This document shows positions 41,585 to 52,767 of a stretch of 64,000 nucleotides of DNA, one piece after another (positions within the stretch are counted from its first letter, which is position 1; every line of letters starts with the position of its first letter). A program made the position numbers and the translations under genes. The DNA is from Wickerhamiella versatilis (taxonomy: Eukaryota): positions 1,116,001 to 1,180,000 of the forward strand of contig JAQOWU010000008.1 in NCBI GenBank assembly GCA_030867685.1, read 5' to 3'. The notes beneath the pieces are model-generated. The model was not told where the DNA came from, ran no database searches, and saw only the letters and a program-made list of their open reading frames with translations.

Positions 41585-42481
41585 TTAATGTTTGTTTTTT
41601 CGTGCAGACTTATGGTTGTTTTTTTTGCACAACCTTTCGTCTTTCATATGGTCATTATCATGGTCGACATTCGGCTGGGTTTCATTGCTCTTCACCCAAT
41701 GGAAGTCCTGTAATAGGCGTAGTGTTTCAACTTCAGTGATCCATAATCGTGGAATAGTGAATTCTCGGGGAGGAAACACACTAGAGGGCATCATGTAGCC
41801 GAATGCACAAGGTCTAATTTCGCAATATACCGGTGGCTCTGGCTCTAGCTCCGACTCTGGCGACCCATGAGTCGGAATATTAGCCCTAGCTTTCCCTGAA
41901 TTGGTTTTGCGTTTCTTAGCATTCCTCTCTGCACGAGCCTTCTCGGAATCCCTCGGACGTAATCTGCGTCTGTACTCGTCGTATTTACGCAGAAACTCGT
42001 CTATTTCTTCCAAGGCAAGATTACGTTTTGTTAGCAGCGCGTTATAGTTATCTGAATCATTGATTCTTACAATGTGAGGGATATCTACACGCCATTCAGG
42101 CCCTGAGAGCAATTTTCGCTGTGTCAAAACTCGTGACTGGTCAATGGTGAGCTGCAATCTATCTTGTGCTAGCATGCGACGTTCTTCTCGTTCCATCCTG
42201 CGATGATGGCCTTGGAACAGTGTGAAGTCAAGTGGGTCCTGACTACTTTCATGACATCCCTTTTTTTTGTGGCCATTTTCCACTACTTTGTTTTTTTTCT
42301 CCAACTCTGCGGCCGCTAAAGGCTTATGTTCTTCAACCAGGGCACGGGCCCGACATAGAAGTGGCTTCGGAGCAGAGTGGACAGTAAGTTGTTTATTGAT
42401 GTCCACCGCATCCAAATCATATTCAAATAATGGCTTCTCCAAGTCTGTGGCTTCGCGCGACCGAAGCCGCCGTTCCCTCAT
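41585..42481 (-). CDS. SAS4: SAS acetyltransferase complex subunit Sas4-like
   Basis: DPLDFTLFQGHHRRMEREERRM...L..PEW...KRNLALEEIDEFLRKYDEYRRR matches the SAS4 domain pattern. First ATG at 42481. Confidence 0.75.
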   Translation of the reverse strand: MRERRLRSREATDLEKPLFEYDLDAVDINKQLTVHSAPKPLLCRARALVEEHKPLAAAELEKKNKVVENGHKKKGCHESSQDPLDFTLFQGHHRRMEREERRMLAQDRLQLTIDQSRVLTQRKLLSGPEWRVDIPHIVRINDSDNYNALLTKRNLALEEIDEFLRKYDEYRRRLRPRDSEKARAERNAKKRKTNSGKARANIPTHGSPESELEPEPPVYCEIRPCAFGYMMPSSVFPPREFTIPRLWITEVETLRLLQDFHWVKSNETQPNVDHDNDHMKDERLCKKNNHKSARKNKH

Positions 42482-42862
42482 GCCAAACCTCCTCCAATTG
42501 TGCACCTAACCCTGAATAGTAGCTCAATTTGATTTCGCAACCTTGTCAATAACTTTTTTTCGCGCGATGGAAGATCCACATGGGCAAAGCTATTAGCAAG
42601 GAAGAAATTGCTAGAGATATAGCATAATTTTTCGCATCGAATTTCCCATTAGAATGCTAGTGGGGTGTTTCAAGAAATTAATTCGCTGGGCATCACATAG
42701 ATAAACTGATCTTGATGATTCAAGTGCTTTTATCATGTATTTTTAACATTTTTGAACAAATTGGGACTTATCTGGAAAACAGTGCACACCTAAAGTATTT
42801 CGCTTCTTGAACACAGGTTAGGGCCGGCACTTGAAACGTAGAGTGCTGCGTCTACGTGTACT

Positions 42863-44118
42863 ATGGCCGACAAGATAGCTCAAGGACATCGACTGCGTCC
42901 TTTATTTGCTATATGCATTTCTTGGGTCATTATTGTTTATTATGCAGAGTGGCTGTCCCCCAAATGGGCCTTGAAATCGTGTCATTGGCCCACCTTTGAG
43001 ACAGAAAGTGTAGACACAGCACACGCTGCACTCATCGCGGATCCACAGTTGGTTGACGATAATACTTATCCTGGACGTAGTTCCTCTTTGGAGTATATAA
43101 CTGAGACCGTTGTAGATCGATATTTGGCAAGAAATTGGCGTTTGGTTAACAGAGTCCTTGATCCAGATTCCTTTTTTTTCTGGGCGATCTCTTCGATGGT
43201 GGACGCGAATGGGATGACGAAAAGTGGTTTGCTGAATTACAGCGCTGGAATAGGATATTCCCGCGTCCCGTCAATAAGCTGACTTCCATGAATCTGCCGG
43301 GAAATCATGACATAGGATTTGGCAATACTATCAATAAAGACGCTGTTAAGCGTTTCAGCAATTGGTTTGGCTCACCGAACCAAGCATTTCCTGTTGGTGG
43401 ACATCAGTTTGTGACATTAGATACGATATCACTGTCGAACAACAATGATACAGATGTGCCTTTGTCTGCCCAGGAATTTCTCAACGAATGGAAATCTGAT
43501 GATCCTGTTGTGCTTTTAACTCATGTGCCTTTAAATCGCCCTCCAGGAACTAAATGCGGCCATTACAGAGAGGGTGGTGACGAGCTTAAATGGACAAAAG
43601 GTTATCAATACGTAACGCAAACAACCCCTGAGTTGAGTCAAGAAATTCTGAAGACTTTACAGCCTGCTGCGATATTCAGTGGTGATGATCATGATGCTTG
43701 TCACGTCAAACATTACTATACGCCTGATGGTAGGACTACTAAAGATGCAGACGAGTACACGGTCAAATCTTTTTCGATGGCAATGGGAATATCAAAGCCA
43801 GGGCTTCAATTGATCACTGTGGACCCCAAGCAGGGTTATAAAACTAACATTTGCCTACTTTCAAGTCCTTTCTATCCATTTATTTGCTATGGCGTAGGTC
43901 TGTCCCTCACAATTTTGGCAATGTTGATAAGACATTGGCCCATTGGTCAATATAGTAGTCTCCCGAGATTTGAAGATGACAAAAACTTTAAGGTTCGAGG
44001 CAGGAGTCTTATAGGGCGCTTTTCATTAAGGCCTTTTTTCAAGGAATTGGGTATCGTCCTTGCTTTTGTCGTTTTAGCAGAGCTTATTGTCACCCATCAA
44101 ATGTACTCAGATATTTAA
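42863..44118 (+). CDS. CDC1: Cdc1/PGAP5-like metallophosphoesterase (GPI remodelling), frameshifted at the T8 run 43172-43179
   Basis: ADPQLVD..TYPGR in frame 1; after the shift, LGDLFDGGREW, PGNHDIGFG, LTHVPL, GYQY, FSGDDHD and KSFSMAMGI. One added T yields 418 aa. Confidence 0.9.
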
Positions 44119-44273
44119 AGCATCACTTCATACCTCCTCACACAGCTTGTTTAACGGTTATTTTTAGTGGTAGTTTTTATTAGTGTGAAAGTAAAAGTAA
44201 ATCTACATACTAGGTCTATGTCTATATCTATTTAACTGCAGTAAAACTGCCTTTGATGAATTCAAATTTCCGG

Positions 44274-45002
44274 CTAGTAAGGTCTAGCACCTTCTGGTGC
44301 CTGATATACAATAGCTGGCTCGTATCGTAAAGTCTGATATGGATATTCTACGAAGTTTGTGCCAGGTTCTTTGGGGGTGGTCGGCCATACACCTACCACT
44401 TTACTTGTTTGAGACTGCGCATTGCCGGCAACGGCAGGCTTTTGACCTTCGTTATCGACGTTAAAGTTAGTAGATACGAGTGAGAGCGACCCACCAAGAG
44501 TTGAAGCCGTTTTTTTGAGTAGTCCTGCGATTGCATCCATATCTCTGCCAGGTATATGTACAAGGTTGTCCGCAGACAATGCCATCTTCATGGTTTCTAT
44601 CTTCAAATCATCGACTAGATTACCAACTTCTTCTTTTGCTTTAGAATCCATACACCTGAAGGAAAGCTTGTGTGTATCAAGTGATAACTTCGCTAAAGAT
44701 GATACATCTAGTGCTTGATGTAAGTTAGATGGCATCTCAAGAAGGCTACTGTCAGCTGATCCAGCACTTTGTACTTTCTGGTTGACGTCACGCAGATTGG
44801 ATCGTAGCCCATTCAACTGAGAGATAAGAGCTGAGCCGCCATCGTCACCATCACAATTGTCATCCACCATGTTGCTGGCATCTGTTGCTGTTGTTGCTGC
44901 CGTACCTTGATCTGTCGCAGTAATGGTCACGGTATTCTCCTTATCATGATGGAATAGGCCTGCATTCACTGCAATAACCATATAAAGAAATAAAAAGCGC
45001 AT
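44274..45002 (-). CDS. Uncharacterised secreted protein
   Basis: Signal-peptide-like N-terminus (MRFLFLYMVIAVNA), T/A-rich linker and amphipathic helical core. TATA-like TTTATATAG about 35 bp upstream. Confidence 0.75.
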   Translation of the reverse strand: MRFLFLYMVIAVNAGLFHHDKENTVTITATDQGTAATTATDASNMVDDNCDGDDGGSALISQLNGLRSNLRDVNQKVQSAGSADSSLLEMPSNLHQALDVSSLAKLSLDTHKLSFRCMDSKAKEEVGNLVDDLKIETMKMALSADNLVHIPGRDMDAIAGLLKKTASTLGGSLSLVSTNFNVDNEGQKPAVAGNAQSQTSKVVGVWPTTPKEPGTNFVEYPYQTLRYEPAIVYQAPEGARPY

Positions 45003-45080
45003 CTCGTGCTTGTTTTTTATCTTTTCATGCCTTCTATATAAAACAATAGTTCATTAAACTTTATTCAAATCCAAAGTGAA

Positions 45081-47387
45081 TTAATATCCAACCTTATGTC
45101 GCATAAACAGCGTTTGCAGATTCTCTGATTGATAATCTGAGCGCTGCGATACATAACTGCGCACAGTACTGGCTTTCAGCTTTCTTAAATGGCTATCTCT
45201 CAGTAGAGACATCAGAAGAGTCGGTTGTACGGCAAATAGTCGCGTAATTGCCTTCAGAGTTGCCAATTCATCCGCTGCGTCAGATAAGCCCCATTCCTGT
45301 ACTATGACTGCCTCGTATAAAGCAGCATCTGCAAAAAGAATCCGTCCACCTGCCATAGAAATCGTATAGCGTGCCAAGTGCTGACGGACATCTTCCTGTA
45401 ATGTAGCGGATACATCCAGTAGCAGCCTACGGCGGTTGTCCCGAGATAACACCTGCTCTGTGACAGCTCCCAGAGCACGTAGCTCTGAAGCAACTCCAAT
45501 TCCCACTGGACTAGGTTCCGGTGAGTCCTGTTCATCGACAGGACAAAAATCACGGCGCTTTTGACGTCCCAACACGGCAACAGTCCTGGCGTGCGCTACA
45601 TGTGCAGCTTGGTCCACAAGATCGGAGCAGTTGTTTTGTACGCTATTAAGATACTGATTCAACGTCGTAGCCATAGACGATCTTGCGTTCTCGTCCCCTC
45701 GTATCAACGCGAAGACGGCTGTTTTCACGAAGGCGGATAACAATCCTAATGCACGAGTCACCATCCTGATTGCGAAAAGCCAGCCATAGCTCTCGGGAGT
45801 CTTTACGTCCGTTTGTGATTGATGTAAGGCCCTATCAAGTATAGGGTTTATATGAGCTCCACCCACTTCTGTGATCAAAAGATTGAATATTTCAACTGCA
45901 TCGTGTCGTGCATTTCGCCGAGAGCTGAGTACTTGCTCTCTGGCAACTGCTTCGGCAAAACTGCACAATACACGTTGCATGGCCAAAATAAGCGGCTCCT
46001 CTTCGTCGGACGTACTTCCACCGGCACTTGGTGATGTTGATGGTGACCCGCTTCGGAAACGAGGTCTCCAGGATTTCATAAATCCTTCATCACTCGTAGG
46101 TGATAAAGGGTCCGAAATGGTCCCACTTTGTTCCTCTGGTTTAATCTGGTACGCAAATATCTGCAAGATGATTTCCCTCAGGGATGCCATTTCTGTATAG
46201 AAGTATGATTCTAAGAACATCCCAAGTGTGTCGTTATAGTTGGTATCAAGCATTGCAGCAAGTTCTGCAGAGTCATCGAGGCTTCGCCACGTTTCCTTTA
46301 ACTGTTCAACCATCCGGCTCAACTCCTTGCAACATACCCCAAGCACTCTGACTTGCGCTAAGTTCGACTGTTGCTCAGCCTCATTCATGAATTTTATAAC
46401 CATTACTTGTAGCCTCTGCGCAAATATACGTTGCATAAATACTGATAAAACCCGCGCTGGCTTTGGGAATACCTTCACAACGATATTCGTTTCATTTACA
46501 GCCACTTCTATCACCTCTTGGACGATATCATGTACTGTTTGACCAAACTCTTGATATTCTGATTCTGGTTCGCTCAGTTGCGGACCAACTGCACCTTGTT
46601 CAGTATCGAGTTTGTCCACCTGCATAAAGAAGTCATGCTGATTTACGTATGCTTGAACAACCGATGCCCCGCCATTGTAGTCGTAGAGAATTTCGGCGAT
46701 CTCTTGCATCCCACTCAGATCGAACATCTGATATGACTCCTGGAATGTCGCCACCATTTCAGTTTCCAATTGTTCTGCGTACTTATCAATGTCATCAACT
46801 ATGGTTGGTCGTGCAGGTACGGGTCCTATTTCATGGGCAAGCGATTGAAGTTGTCCCACTGTACTAGCGCACCTTCTCCGGTCATTAGCCAAGTTTGAGG
46901 TCCAGAGTTTGGTTAGTTCGGGGGCGCTGCCTCTTTCAACAAAGGATATATAACAACCAACCAATCTTTGGGAGAGCTGTGCCTGTTTCATTTCACCGAA
47001 CTTACGCTCCAGTTGATCTCCTAGTGGCCCTGTGGTCCGCTGTACCGTAGATATTTCGTCATCAAGCTCTTTGGCATCTTCTGCACATGCTTCAACGTGA
47101 TCTGCTAAATCGATAATATCCCAGTTGCGAGCTTGTCCTACTTTTTCCGCTTTCTTCTTCTCTTCTTCTTCTGATCGTGATGTAACGTCTCTAAGCCGTT
47201 CAAGTTCACTGGCAACTGCCTCAAATGTTCGAATGTAGGGCTTGGGATCCAATCGATCTCCTGTCACCGCGTGTGCTTGACTTGAACTCAGCTGCTCTAT
47301 GAATTCTTTCACTGAAAATCCCTGTTCAGAGAACCTCTCTGGTTTGAGAAGGTCTCTTACAGATTCCGGGAGCCCATACAAGCTCAT
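45081..47387 (-). CDS. SEC10: Exocyst subunit Sec10
   Basis: FSVKEFIEQLS, LDPKPYIRTFE, YNGGASVVQAYVNQHDFF and FMQRIFAQRLQ. ATG at 47387. Confidence 0.92.
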   Translation of the reverse strand: MSLYGLPESVRDLLKPERFSEQGFSVKEFIEQLSSSQAHAVTGDRLDPKPYIRTFEAVASELERLRDVTSRSEEEEKKKAEKVGQARNWDIIDLADHVEACAEDAKELDDEISTVQRTTGPLGDQLERKFGEMKQAQLSQRLVGCYISFVERGSAPELTKLWTSNLANDRRRCASTVGQLQSLAHEIGPVPARPTIVDDIDKYAEQLETEMVATFQESYQMFDLSGMQEIAEILYDYNGGASVVQAYVNQHDFFMQVDKLDTEQGAVGPQLSEPESEYQEFGQTVHDIVQEVIEVAVNETNIVVKVFPKPARVLSVFMQRIFAQRLQVMVIKFMNEAEQQSNLAQVRVLGVCCKELSRMVEQLKETWRSLDDSAELAAMLDTNYNDTLGMFLESYFYTEMASLREIILQIFAYQIKPEEQSGTISDPLSPTSDEGFMKSWRPRFRSGSPSTSPSAGGSTSDEEEPLILAMQRVLCSFAEAVAREQVLSSRRNARHDAVEIFNLLITEVGGAHINPILDRALHQSQTDVKTPESYGWLFAIRMVTRALGLLSAFVKTAVFALIRGDENARSSMATTLNQYLNSVQNNCSDLVDQAAHVAHARTVAVLGRQKRRDFCPVDEQDSPEPSPVGIGVASELRALGAVTEQVLSRDNRRRLLLDVSATLQEDVRQHLARYTISMAGGRILFADAALYEAVIVQEWGLSDAADELATLKAITRLFAVQPTLLMSLLRDSHLRKLKASTVRSYVSQRSDYQSENLQTLFMRHKVGY

Positions 47388-47751
47388 CCAGTGTCCCCCT
47401 CCAATATGACTAACTCGAGAGTGCACGGCTTGGTGTCAATCGTATTCTTTCAACACAAGACGCAATTGTGGCATACTTAGTTGTTCGTTGGTGTGTTTTC
47501 TGTTGAATTCTGTTTAGTACAATGGTTTCACTCTTTATTTTATTCTGATATGGTTATGAAACCCAATTTGACATTATAAATTAGCACCATTAATCTCAAT
47601 GTATATGTATATATATATATGCGTTTATTACACCAATCCATCTAAATATACCCATCACAGGGATTATATACCTCAATGCACCTATGACATCTAGCCAGTC
47701 TTAGGTGGTGAAGAGTAATTCATCCTGCCGGAACAAAAAGTCACAGCTGAC

Positions 47752-49911
47752 ATGTCGAAGAGTGCCTCCAAAACTAGCACCCCAAAACAGTCTTCGAAGA
47801 AGGCAAAGCCTGCAGTAGAGCAGGACTTGATTGCCAGACCTTCTCAGGCTGGAATTCAGCATTACGCAGAGTGCTATACGACGCTCGAAACGCTCCGAGA
47901 GATAGGAATAGATGCGGGCTCGTTTGTTAATCTAAGGGGCCATATTGCTATCGTAAAACCAGGAAACGGTGACAGCGATACACTTGAAATATCAAAAGAA
48001 TTCCAAAGGCTCTGTGGTATCACACTGGGCGATAGGATACGGCTGGTCAAAGCTACACGCCCCACCCCAGCACGAAAAATCGTGGTGGCTACTGCACTAG
48101 GAGTCGATGCAGCAGAAAGTATATTTGGAGGCTCTATTGTAGAGACAGGTCTCACGGTCAGCGATATGTCGATCATGGGAGTCGAGACTGAAGCTGATAT
48201 TTCGAAGCTCAGCCTGCAGGACGGCAAAGAAGACAATAAAGATGGGGAGCCAGTGCTTGTGACAAAGGACACACAAATCGAAATTGTTGCCGAAATAGAA
48301 CCAACATCATCCAGGTTCGATGGGATCGGAGGCCTGGACAAAGAGATCAACCTCTTGAGGTCCAAGATAGAACTTCCTCTCACCAAACCAGCATTGTTCA
48401 AAAGATTTGGTACCCCACCTGAGAAAGGATTTCTACTTTTTGGCCCACCAGGCACTGGAAAAACCATGCTTCTGAAGGCCATCGCAGCAGAAGTAGAAGC
48501 ACATGTCCTTAGAGTCAACGGACCATCAATTTACTCCAAATATCTCGGTGACACCGAAAGCTCACTTCGAAGTATATGGGAGGAAGCCACGAGGTTTGCA
48601 CCATCCTTGATATTTATTGACGAGATCGACGCACTTGCTCCAAAACGAGATAGTGACGAGTCCGGTGAGACCGAGAGCCGTGTTGTTGCAACCCTTCTCA
48701 CTTTGATGGATGGAATGCAGCCGGATAGCAGAGTAGTCGTGGTTGGAGCAACAAACAGGCCCAATCAGTTAGACCCCGCGTTACGAAGGCCAGGCCGTCT
48801 TGGACAGGAACTTGAGATAGGCATCCCTGATGCTTCAGGGCGGAACCAGATTCTGCAGCTACTAATGAGTAAAATGCCGCACACACTTACAGCAAAAAAT
48901 ATCAATGATATAGCCATGAAGACACATGGGTACGTAGGTGCGGACTTGCAGGCCTTGGTTCATGATGCAGTACTTCGGGCCATCGAGGAGGGAATCCATC
49001 ACGATCTTGCAATAGAGCAAATGTTTGTGACTCTGTCCCATGTTGAGGCTGCTGTTGTAGCAATTAGACCGAGTGCCATGCGGGAAATCACATTGGAGAT
49101 GCCTAAAGTCAAATGGACTGACATAGGCGGCAATATTTCTGTAATACAGCGACTCAAAGAGACGGTCGAGTGGCCAATTAAGCATACGTCTGCATTTGAG
49201 AGACTAGGAATAACAGCACCGCGCGGCGTCCTTCTCTACGGCCCACCAGGCTGCTCGAAGACACTTCTGGCCAAGGCATTGGCTACCGAAACTGGGTTGA
49301 ATTTCTTAGCGGTGAAAGGGCCTGAAATATTTAACAAGTATGTCGGTGAGAGTGAACGTGCTGTTCGCGAGGTGTTCCGTAAAGCTCGTCAAGCGGCACC
49401 AAGTATAATTTTTTTTGATGAGATCGATGCTTTGACGGTAGCCAGAGGTGATGGAAATGAAGCTGGTGGCGACAGGGTATTGACATCTCTGCTTAACGAG
49501 ATGGATGGAATTGAAAGCCTGAAGGGCGTAGTGATTCTGGCAGCAACAAATCGACCAGATGTCATCGATTCTGCAGTGATGAGACCGGGTAGGTTGGATA
49601 GGCTAATATATGTACGTCCACCTGACCTGGAAGCACGCAGAGCAATTCTATTAATACAAGCAGCGAAGATGGCGGTTGATGACGATGTCGACATTGACGA
49701 GCTTGCTGGGCTTACAGAAGGGTTTAGTGGGGCTGAGATAGTGAGTGTATGTCAAGAAGCAGGACTTCTTGCTATGAATGAAGATATAGAGGCTACTTCG
49801 ATCCACCAGCACCATTTCACGGCTGCAGTGTCGGGGATTCACAGGACGCTGACGCCTGAGATGCTCGCATACTTCGAGAATTTTGCTGCTGGCAGAGAGT
49901 CACACTCTTGA
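47752..49911 (+). CDS. AFG2: AAA ATPase Afg2/Drg1 (SPATA5)
   Basis: Two AAA modules (GPPGTGKTML, GPPGCSKTL), SKYLGDTE, THGYVGADL and RPSAMREI. Confidence 0.92.
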   Translation: MSKSASKTSTPKQSSKKAKPAVEQDLIARPSQAGIQHYAECYTTLETLREIGIDAGSFVNLRGHIAIVKPGNGDSDTLEISKEFQRLCGITLGDRIRLVKATRPTPARKIVVATALGVDAAESIFGGSIVETGLTVSDMSIMGVETEADISKLSLQDGKEDNKDGEPVLVTKDTQIEIVAEIEPTSSRFDGIGGLDKEINLLRSKIELPLTKPALFKRFGTPPEKGFLLFGPPGTGKTMLLKAIAAEVEAHVLRVNGPSIYSKYLGDTESSLRSIWEEATRFAPSLIFIDEIDALAPKRDSDESGETESRVVATLLTLMDGMQPDSRVVVVGATNRPNQLDPALRRPGRLGQELEIGIPDASGRNQILQLLMSKMPHTLTAKNINDIAMKTHGYVGADLQALVHDAVLRAIEEGIHHDLAIEQMFVTLSHVEAAVVAIRPSAMREITLEMPKVKWTDIGGNISVIQRLKETVEWPIKHTSAFERLGITAPRGVLLYGPPGCSKTLLAKALATETGLNFLAVKGPEIFNKYVGESERAVREVFRKARQAAPSIIFFDEIDALTVARGDGNEAGGDRVLTSLLNEMDGIESLKGVVILAATNRPDVIDSAVMRPGRLDRLIYVRPPDLEARRAILLIQAAKMAVDDDVDIDELAGLTEGFSGAEIVSVCQEAGLLAMNEDIEATSIHQHHFTAAVSGIHRTLTPEMLAYFENFAAGRESHS

Positions 49912-50200
49912 TGTAGGATTATAGACAAGATTAATCTATGAAAAAAAAACGTTAATACAGGTTTATGTACATATAGTAGCACATAATATCACCAAGCCTC
50001 CTGGACCCCAATTATGCTAGCAAAAAAACTGTTATCATACACCAGAAGTAAAATAATACCATATAAGTAAAATGTAAAACATATAGTATCCCATGACTGT
50101 AGCCGTCGGTCTGCTTAACGCCTGCAAAGCTCAGGTTAGGGCAGTAATTTATTTGTTTACATTTGTTCCCAATCCATAGTGTCTAAGCATCTTGTGTATC

Positions 50201-51829
50201 ATGAATACAACAGATCACAAGTCGAAGCTTGGGAAAATGTTGCCACATCGGACGCCTCAACACGATAATTCCAATCTTGAAGAGGTTGCAGATGCGGTAT
50301 CTTCACTTGGTATAGGATCTGCACGTGGATACAATCACTACTCTGCACGAGGCCAGCCATCCACGGGCCAGCGCCGCTTTACCAGTGAGGAGTTGCGCAT
50401 TATGAGGGACCCGAAAGTTGTCAGATTTGCTCGAGTGACTCAACTTTACTTTCTAGACTCTTATTTTGACCGACTATCCTATATCAAGTCACGTCGACAA
50501 CGGCTCGAGAAGCTTTATGTGGAAACACTGCCCAAACTAAGCTTAGACGAGGAACGTCGACGAGTGATAAAGTCATACAATGGAAGAGAACGTGCTGCTC
50601 TTCGGAAACGGCGGGTTAAATTGAATAGTGGAGACTTTGACGTTCTCACACAAGTCGGACAGGGTGGATACGGGCAAGTTTATCTCGCGCGCAAACGCGA
50701 TACGCGTGAGGTTTGCGCCTTAAAGGTACTCAGCAAAAAGCTTATGGTCAAGCTTGATGAGACGCAGCATATTCTAACAGAACGTGATATCTTGATGCAA
50801 GCCAGGAAATCGCCTTGGCTGGTCAAGCTACTCTACTCATTCCAAGATCCAGAAAACTTATATTTGGCTATGGAGTTCGTCCCTGGCGGTGATTTCCGCA
50901 CGTTGCTTAACAATTGTGGCACACTCAATTCCCGCCACACGAGATTCTACGTATCAGAGATGTTCATGGCTCTGGACGCTTTGCATCAACTCAATTTCAT
51001 CCATCGTGACTTGAAGCCGGAGAACTTCTTGATAACTGCTGAAGGACATATCAAGCTTACCGACTTCGGATTGGCCGCTGGTCAGATAAGCACAAAACGC
51101 ATTGAATCCTTACGTCGCCGGCTAGAAGGGGTTAAGAACTTGGATGTTCCATACTACTCTGTGAAAGAGCGCCAGTCCTACTACCGCACTGCAAGACAGG
51201 CAGAAATAGAGTATGCTTCTAGTGTGGTAGGATCTCCTGACTACATGGCTCTGGAGGTATTGCAGGGTAAGAGTTACGATTATACAATTGACTACTGGTC
51301 TATGGGATGCATGCTCTTTGAGGCGCTCGTTGGATATCCCCCATTTGCAGGAAGGTCTAGTGATGAAACTTATGCAAACCTCCAGAACTGGAGGCACAGT
51401 CTACGCCGACCGCAGTACGAGAATGGACAGTGGGTCTTTTCCGATCGCACGTGGGACCTGATAAAGAAACTTATTACGACCGCGCAGCACCGACCTAAGT
51501 CGCTCAAAGAGATTGTTTCTCATCCTTACTTTGCCGAATTGGATTGGAATAACCTGTTTGCGCAGAAAGCACCATTTATTCCTGACTTAGAGGGTGAGGA
51601 TGACGCAGGCTACTTTGACGATTTCGATAATGAGGCTGATATGGCAAAATACAAAGAAGTCATGAAAAAGCGCGCACAGGTTGAGGGCATATCTGGACGA
51701 GGGCAAATGCAAACGCGGGATTTCGTAGGATTCACGTTTAGACAATCGAAGCCGTCTGACTACTCGATTGGGCCAGTGAACGTTTCCACCGTCAAGTCGA
51801 ACCCCAGAGGCATTGCTACTATTCTTTAA
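50201..51829 (+). CDS. DBF2: NDR/LATS kinase Dbf2/Dbf20
   Basis: QVGQGGYGQV, FVPGGDFRTLL, SVVGSPDYMALE and the hydrophobic motif FVGFTFR. First ATG at 50201. Confidence 0.95.
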   Translation: MNTTDHKSKLGKMLPHRTPQHDNSNLEEVADAVSSLGIGSARGYNHYSARGQPSTGQRRFTSEELRIMRDPKVVRFARVTQLYFLDSYFDRLSYIKSRRQRLEKLYVETLPKLSLDEERRRVIKSYNGRERAALRKRRVKLNSGDFDVLTQVGQGGYGQVYLARKRDTREVCALKVLSKKLMVKLDETQHILTERDILMQARKSPWLVKLLYSFQDPENLYLAMEFVPGGDFRTLLNNCGTLNSRHTRFYVSEMFMALDALHQLNFIHRDLKPENFLITAEGHIKLTDFGLAAGQISTKRIESLRRRLEGVKNLDVPYYSVKERQSYYRTARQAEIEYASSVVGSPDYMALEVLQGKSYDYTIDYWSMGCMLFEALVGYPPFAGRSSDETYANLQNWRHSLRRPQYENGQWVFSDRTWDLIKKLITTAQHRPKSLKEIVSHPYFAELDWNNLFAQKAPFIPDLEGEDDAGYFDDFDNEADMAKYKEVMKKRAQVEGISGRGQMQTRDFVGFTFRQSKPSDYSIGPVNVSTVKSNPRGIATIL

Positions 51830-51939
51830 ATTAGCTAACTTTTAAAGTAGAGAGAGTATTAAGGGGGTAGGGTCCCTTTTGATGAATATCATCTTCGTGA
51901 CACGCGAGACTGTATCGATGAGTCAGACACCTAATATGG

Positions 51940-52755
51940 ATGAGCGTCTTATGGATTCAGCCAAGTCGACCAGATAACTACGTGGACGAAAAGTTCTTGT
52001 CCCGACTTCAGCGTAATTCTAAGTTACAGAAGTACAGCTATATCACGCTAATAGGTGAATTTTCTATTCTCCTATGCAATCTTGCCTTAGGGATTGTGTT
52101 CATATTGGCTTTCATAGCCATATACAGCTGTGAATGGGATCCAAAATTGTTTTCATTACCTGGAATGCTTCCTATAGTCATAATCGGGGGACTCTGGTCA
52201 GCGTCTCAGCCCTTTAAAACTGTTATCGAGGCCACGAAATCCGTGGCTATCATGGTGTTTGCAGTTTTGGCGTTGACCCCGGTTTTCCAGTCCCTTACTG
52301 AATCGACATCTAGTGATAGCATATGGTCAATTGCTACATGGCTGTTTCTAGTGAATATAGCCTTCGCATCGTGGACACTTCCCAGAAATGCATTTGTTCT
52401 TGTACTGTCTACGAATACCGCACTTGCCACGGCAATAGTTTTAGCGAGCCGACTACAAACTTCCTATGCTGTTTTTCATTTCATTATATTCAGCATTGAG
52501 ACCTATGTCGTTCTTCCTTCGGCTGCAAGATGGCTGCGTCTATGTTCTGATCAAGGTTACTGTATCCTTGTAGCTACTGCAAGCTTCGCGAGCGACTTTC
52601 TGGTGTGTGCTTTTTTTGGGGTAAATGTCTTGTTGTCGTGGTTTCTGGTGCAAGCTTTGATTCTATTAGGTGGCCCCAAACTATTCCTGGCTCTGCAAAA
52701 ATATAAAGACCAGATTGCTGGACCATGGGACCCTGCTAAGCCATCTCTCGACTAA
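51940..52755 (+). CDS. GPI2: GPI-GlcNAc transferase subunit Gpi2/PIG-C
   Basis: LW....PDNYVDEKFL, LTPVFQSLTESTSSDSIW, STN.A..IVLASRL and YKDQIAGPWDPA. Confidence 0.93.
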   Translation: MSVLWIQPSRPDNYVDEKFLSRLQRNSKLQKYSYITLIGEFSILLCNLALGIVFILAFIAIYSCEWDPKLFSLPGMLPIVIIGGLWSASQPFKTVIEATKSVAIMVFAVLALTPVFQSLTESTSSDSIWSIATWLFLVNIAFASWTLPRNAFVLVLSTNTALATAIVLASRLQTSYAVFHFIIFSIETYVVLPSAARWLRLCSDQGYCILVATASFASDFLVCAFFGVNVLLSWFLVQALILLGGPKLFLALQKYKDQIAGPWDPAKPSLD

Positions 52756-52767
52756 GATAGATGCATT

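Noticed and set aside
47601..47620. (TA)n run
   Set aside because: Ordinary short AT microsatellite or TATA-like tract in a divergent promoter.
47874..49694. Antisense ORFs in AFG2, and similar ones in PRT1, SEC10, SMC5 and EBP2
   Set aside because: They lie wholly opposite strongly conserved genes, as expected from codon bias.
51918..51940. Third frameshift giving GPI2 a longer N-terminus from ATG 51918
   Set aside because: It is not at a homopolymer, and ATG 51940 already yields a near-complete protein, so the evidence is too weak.
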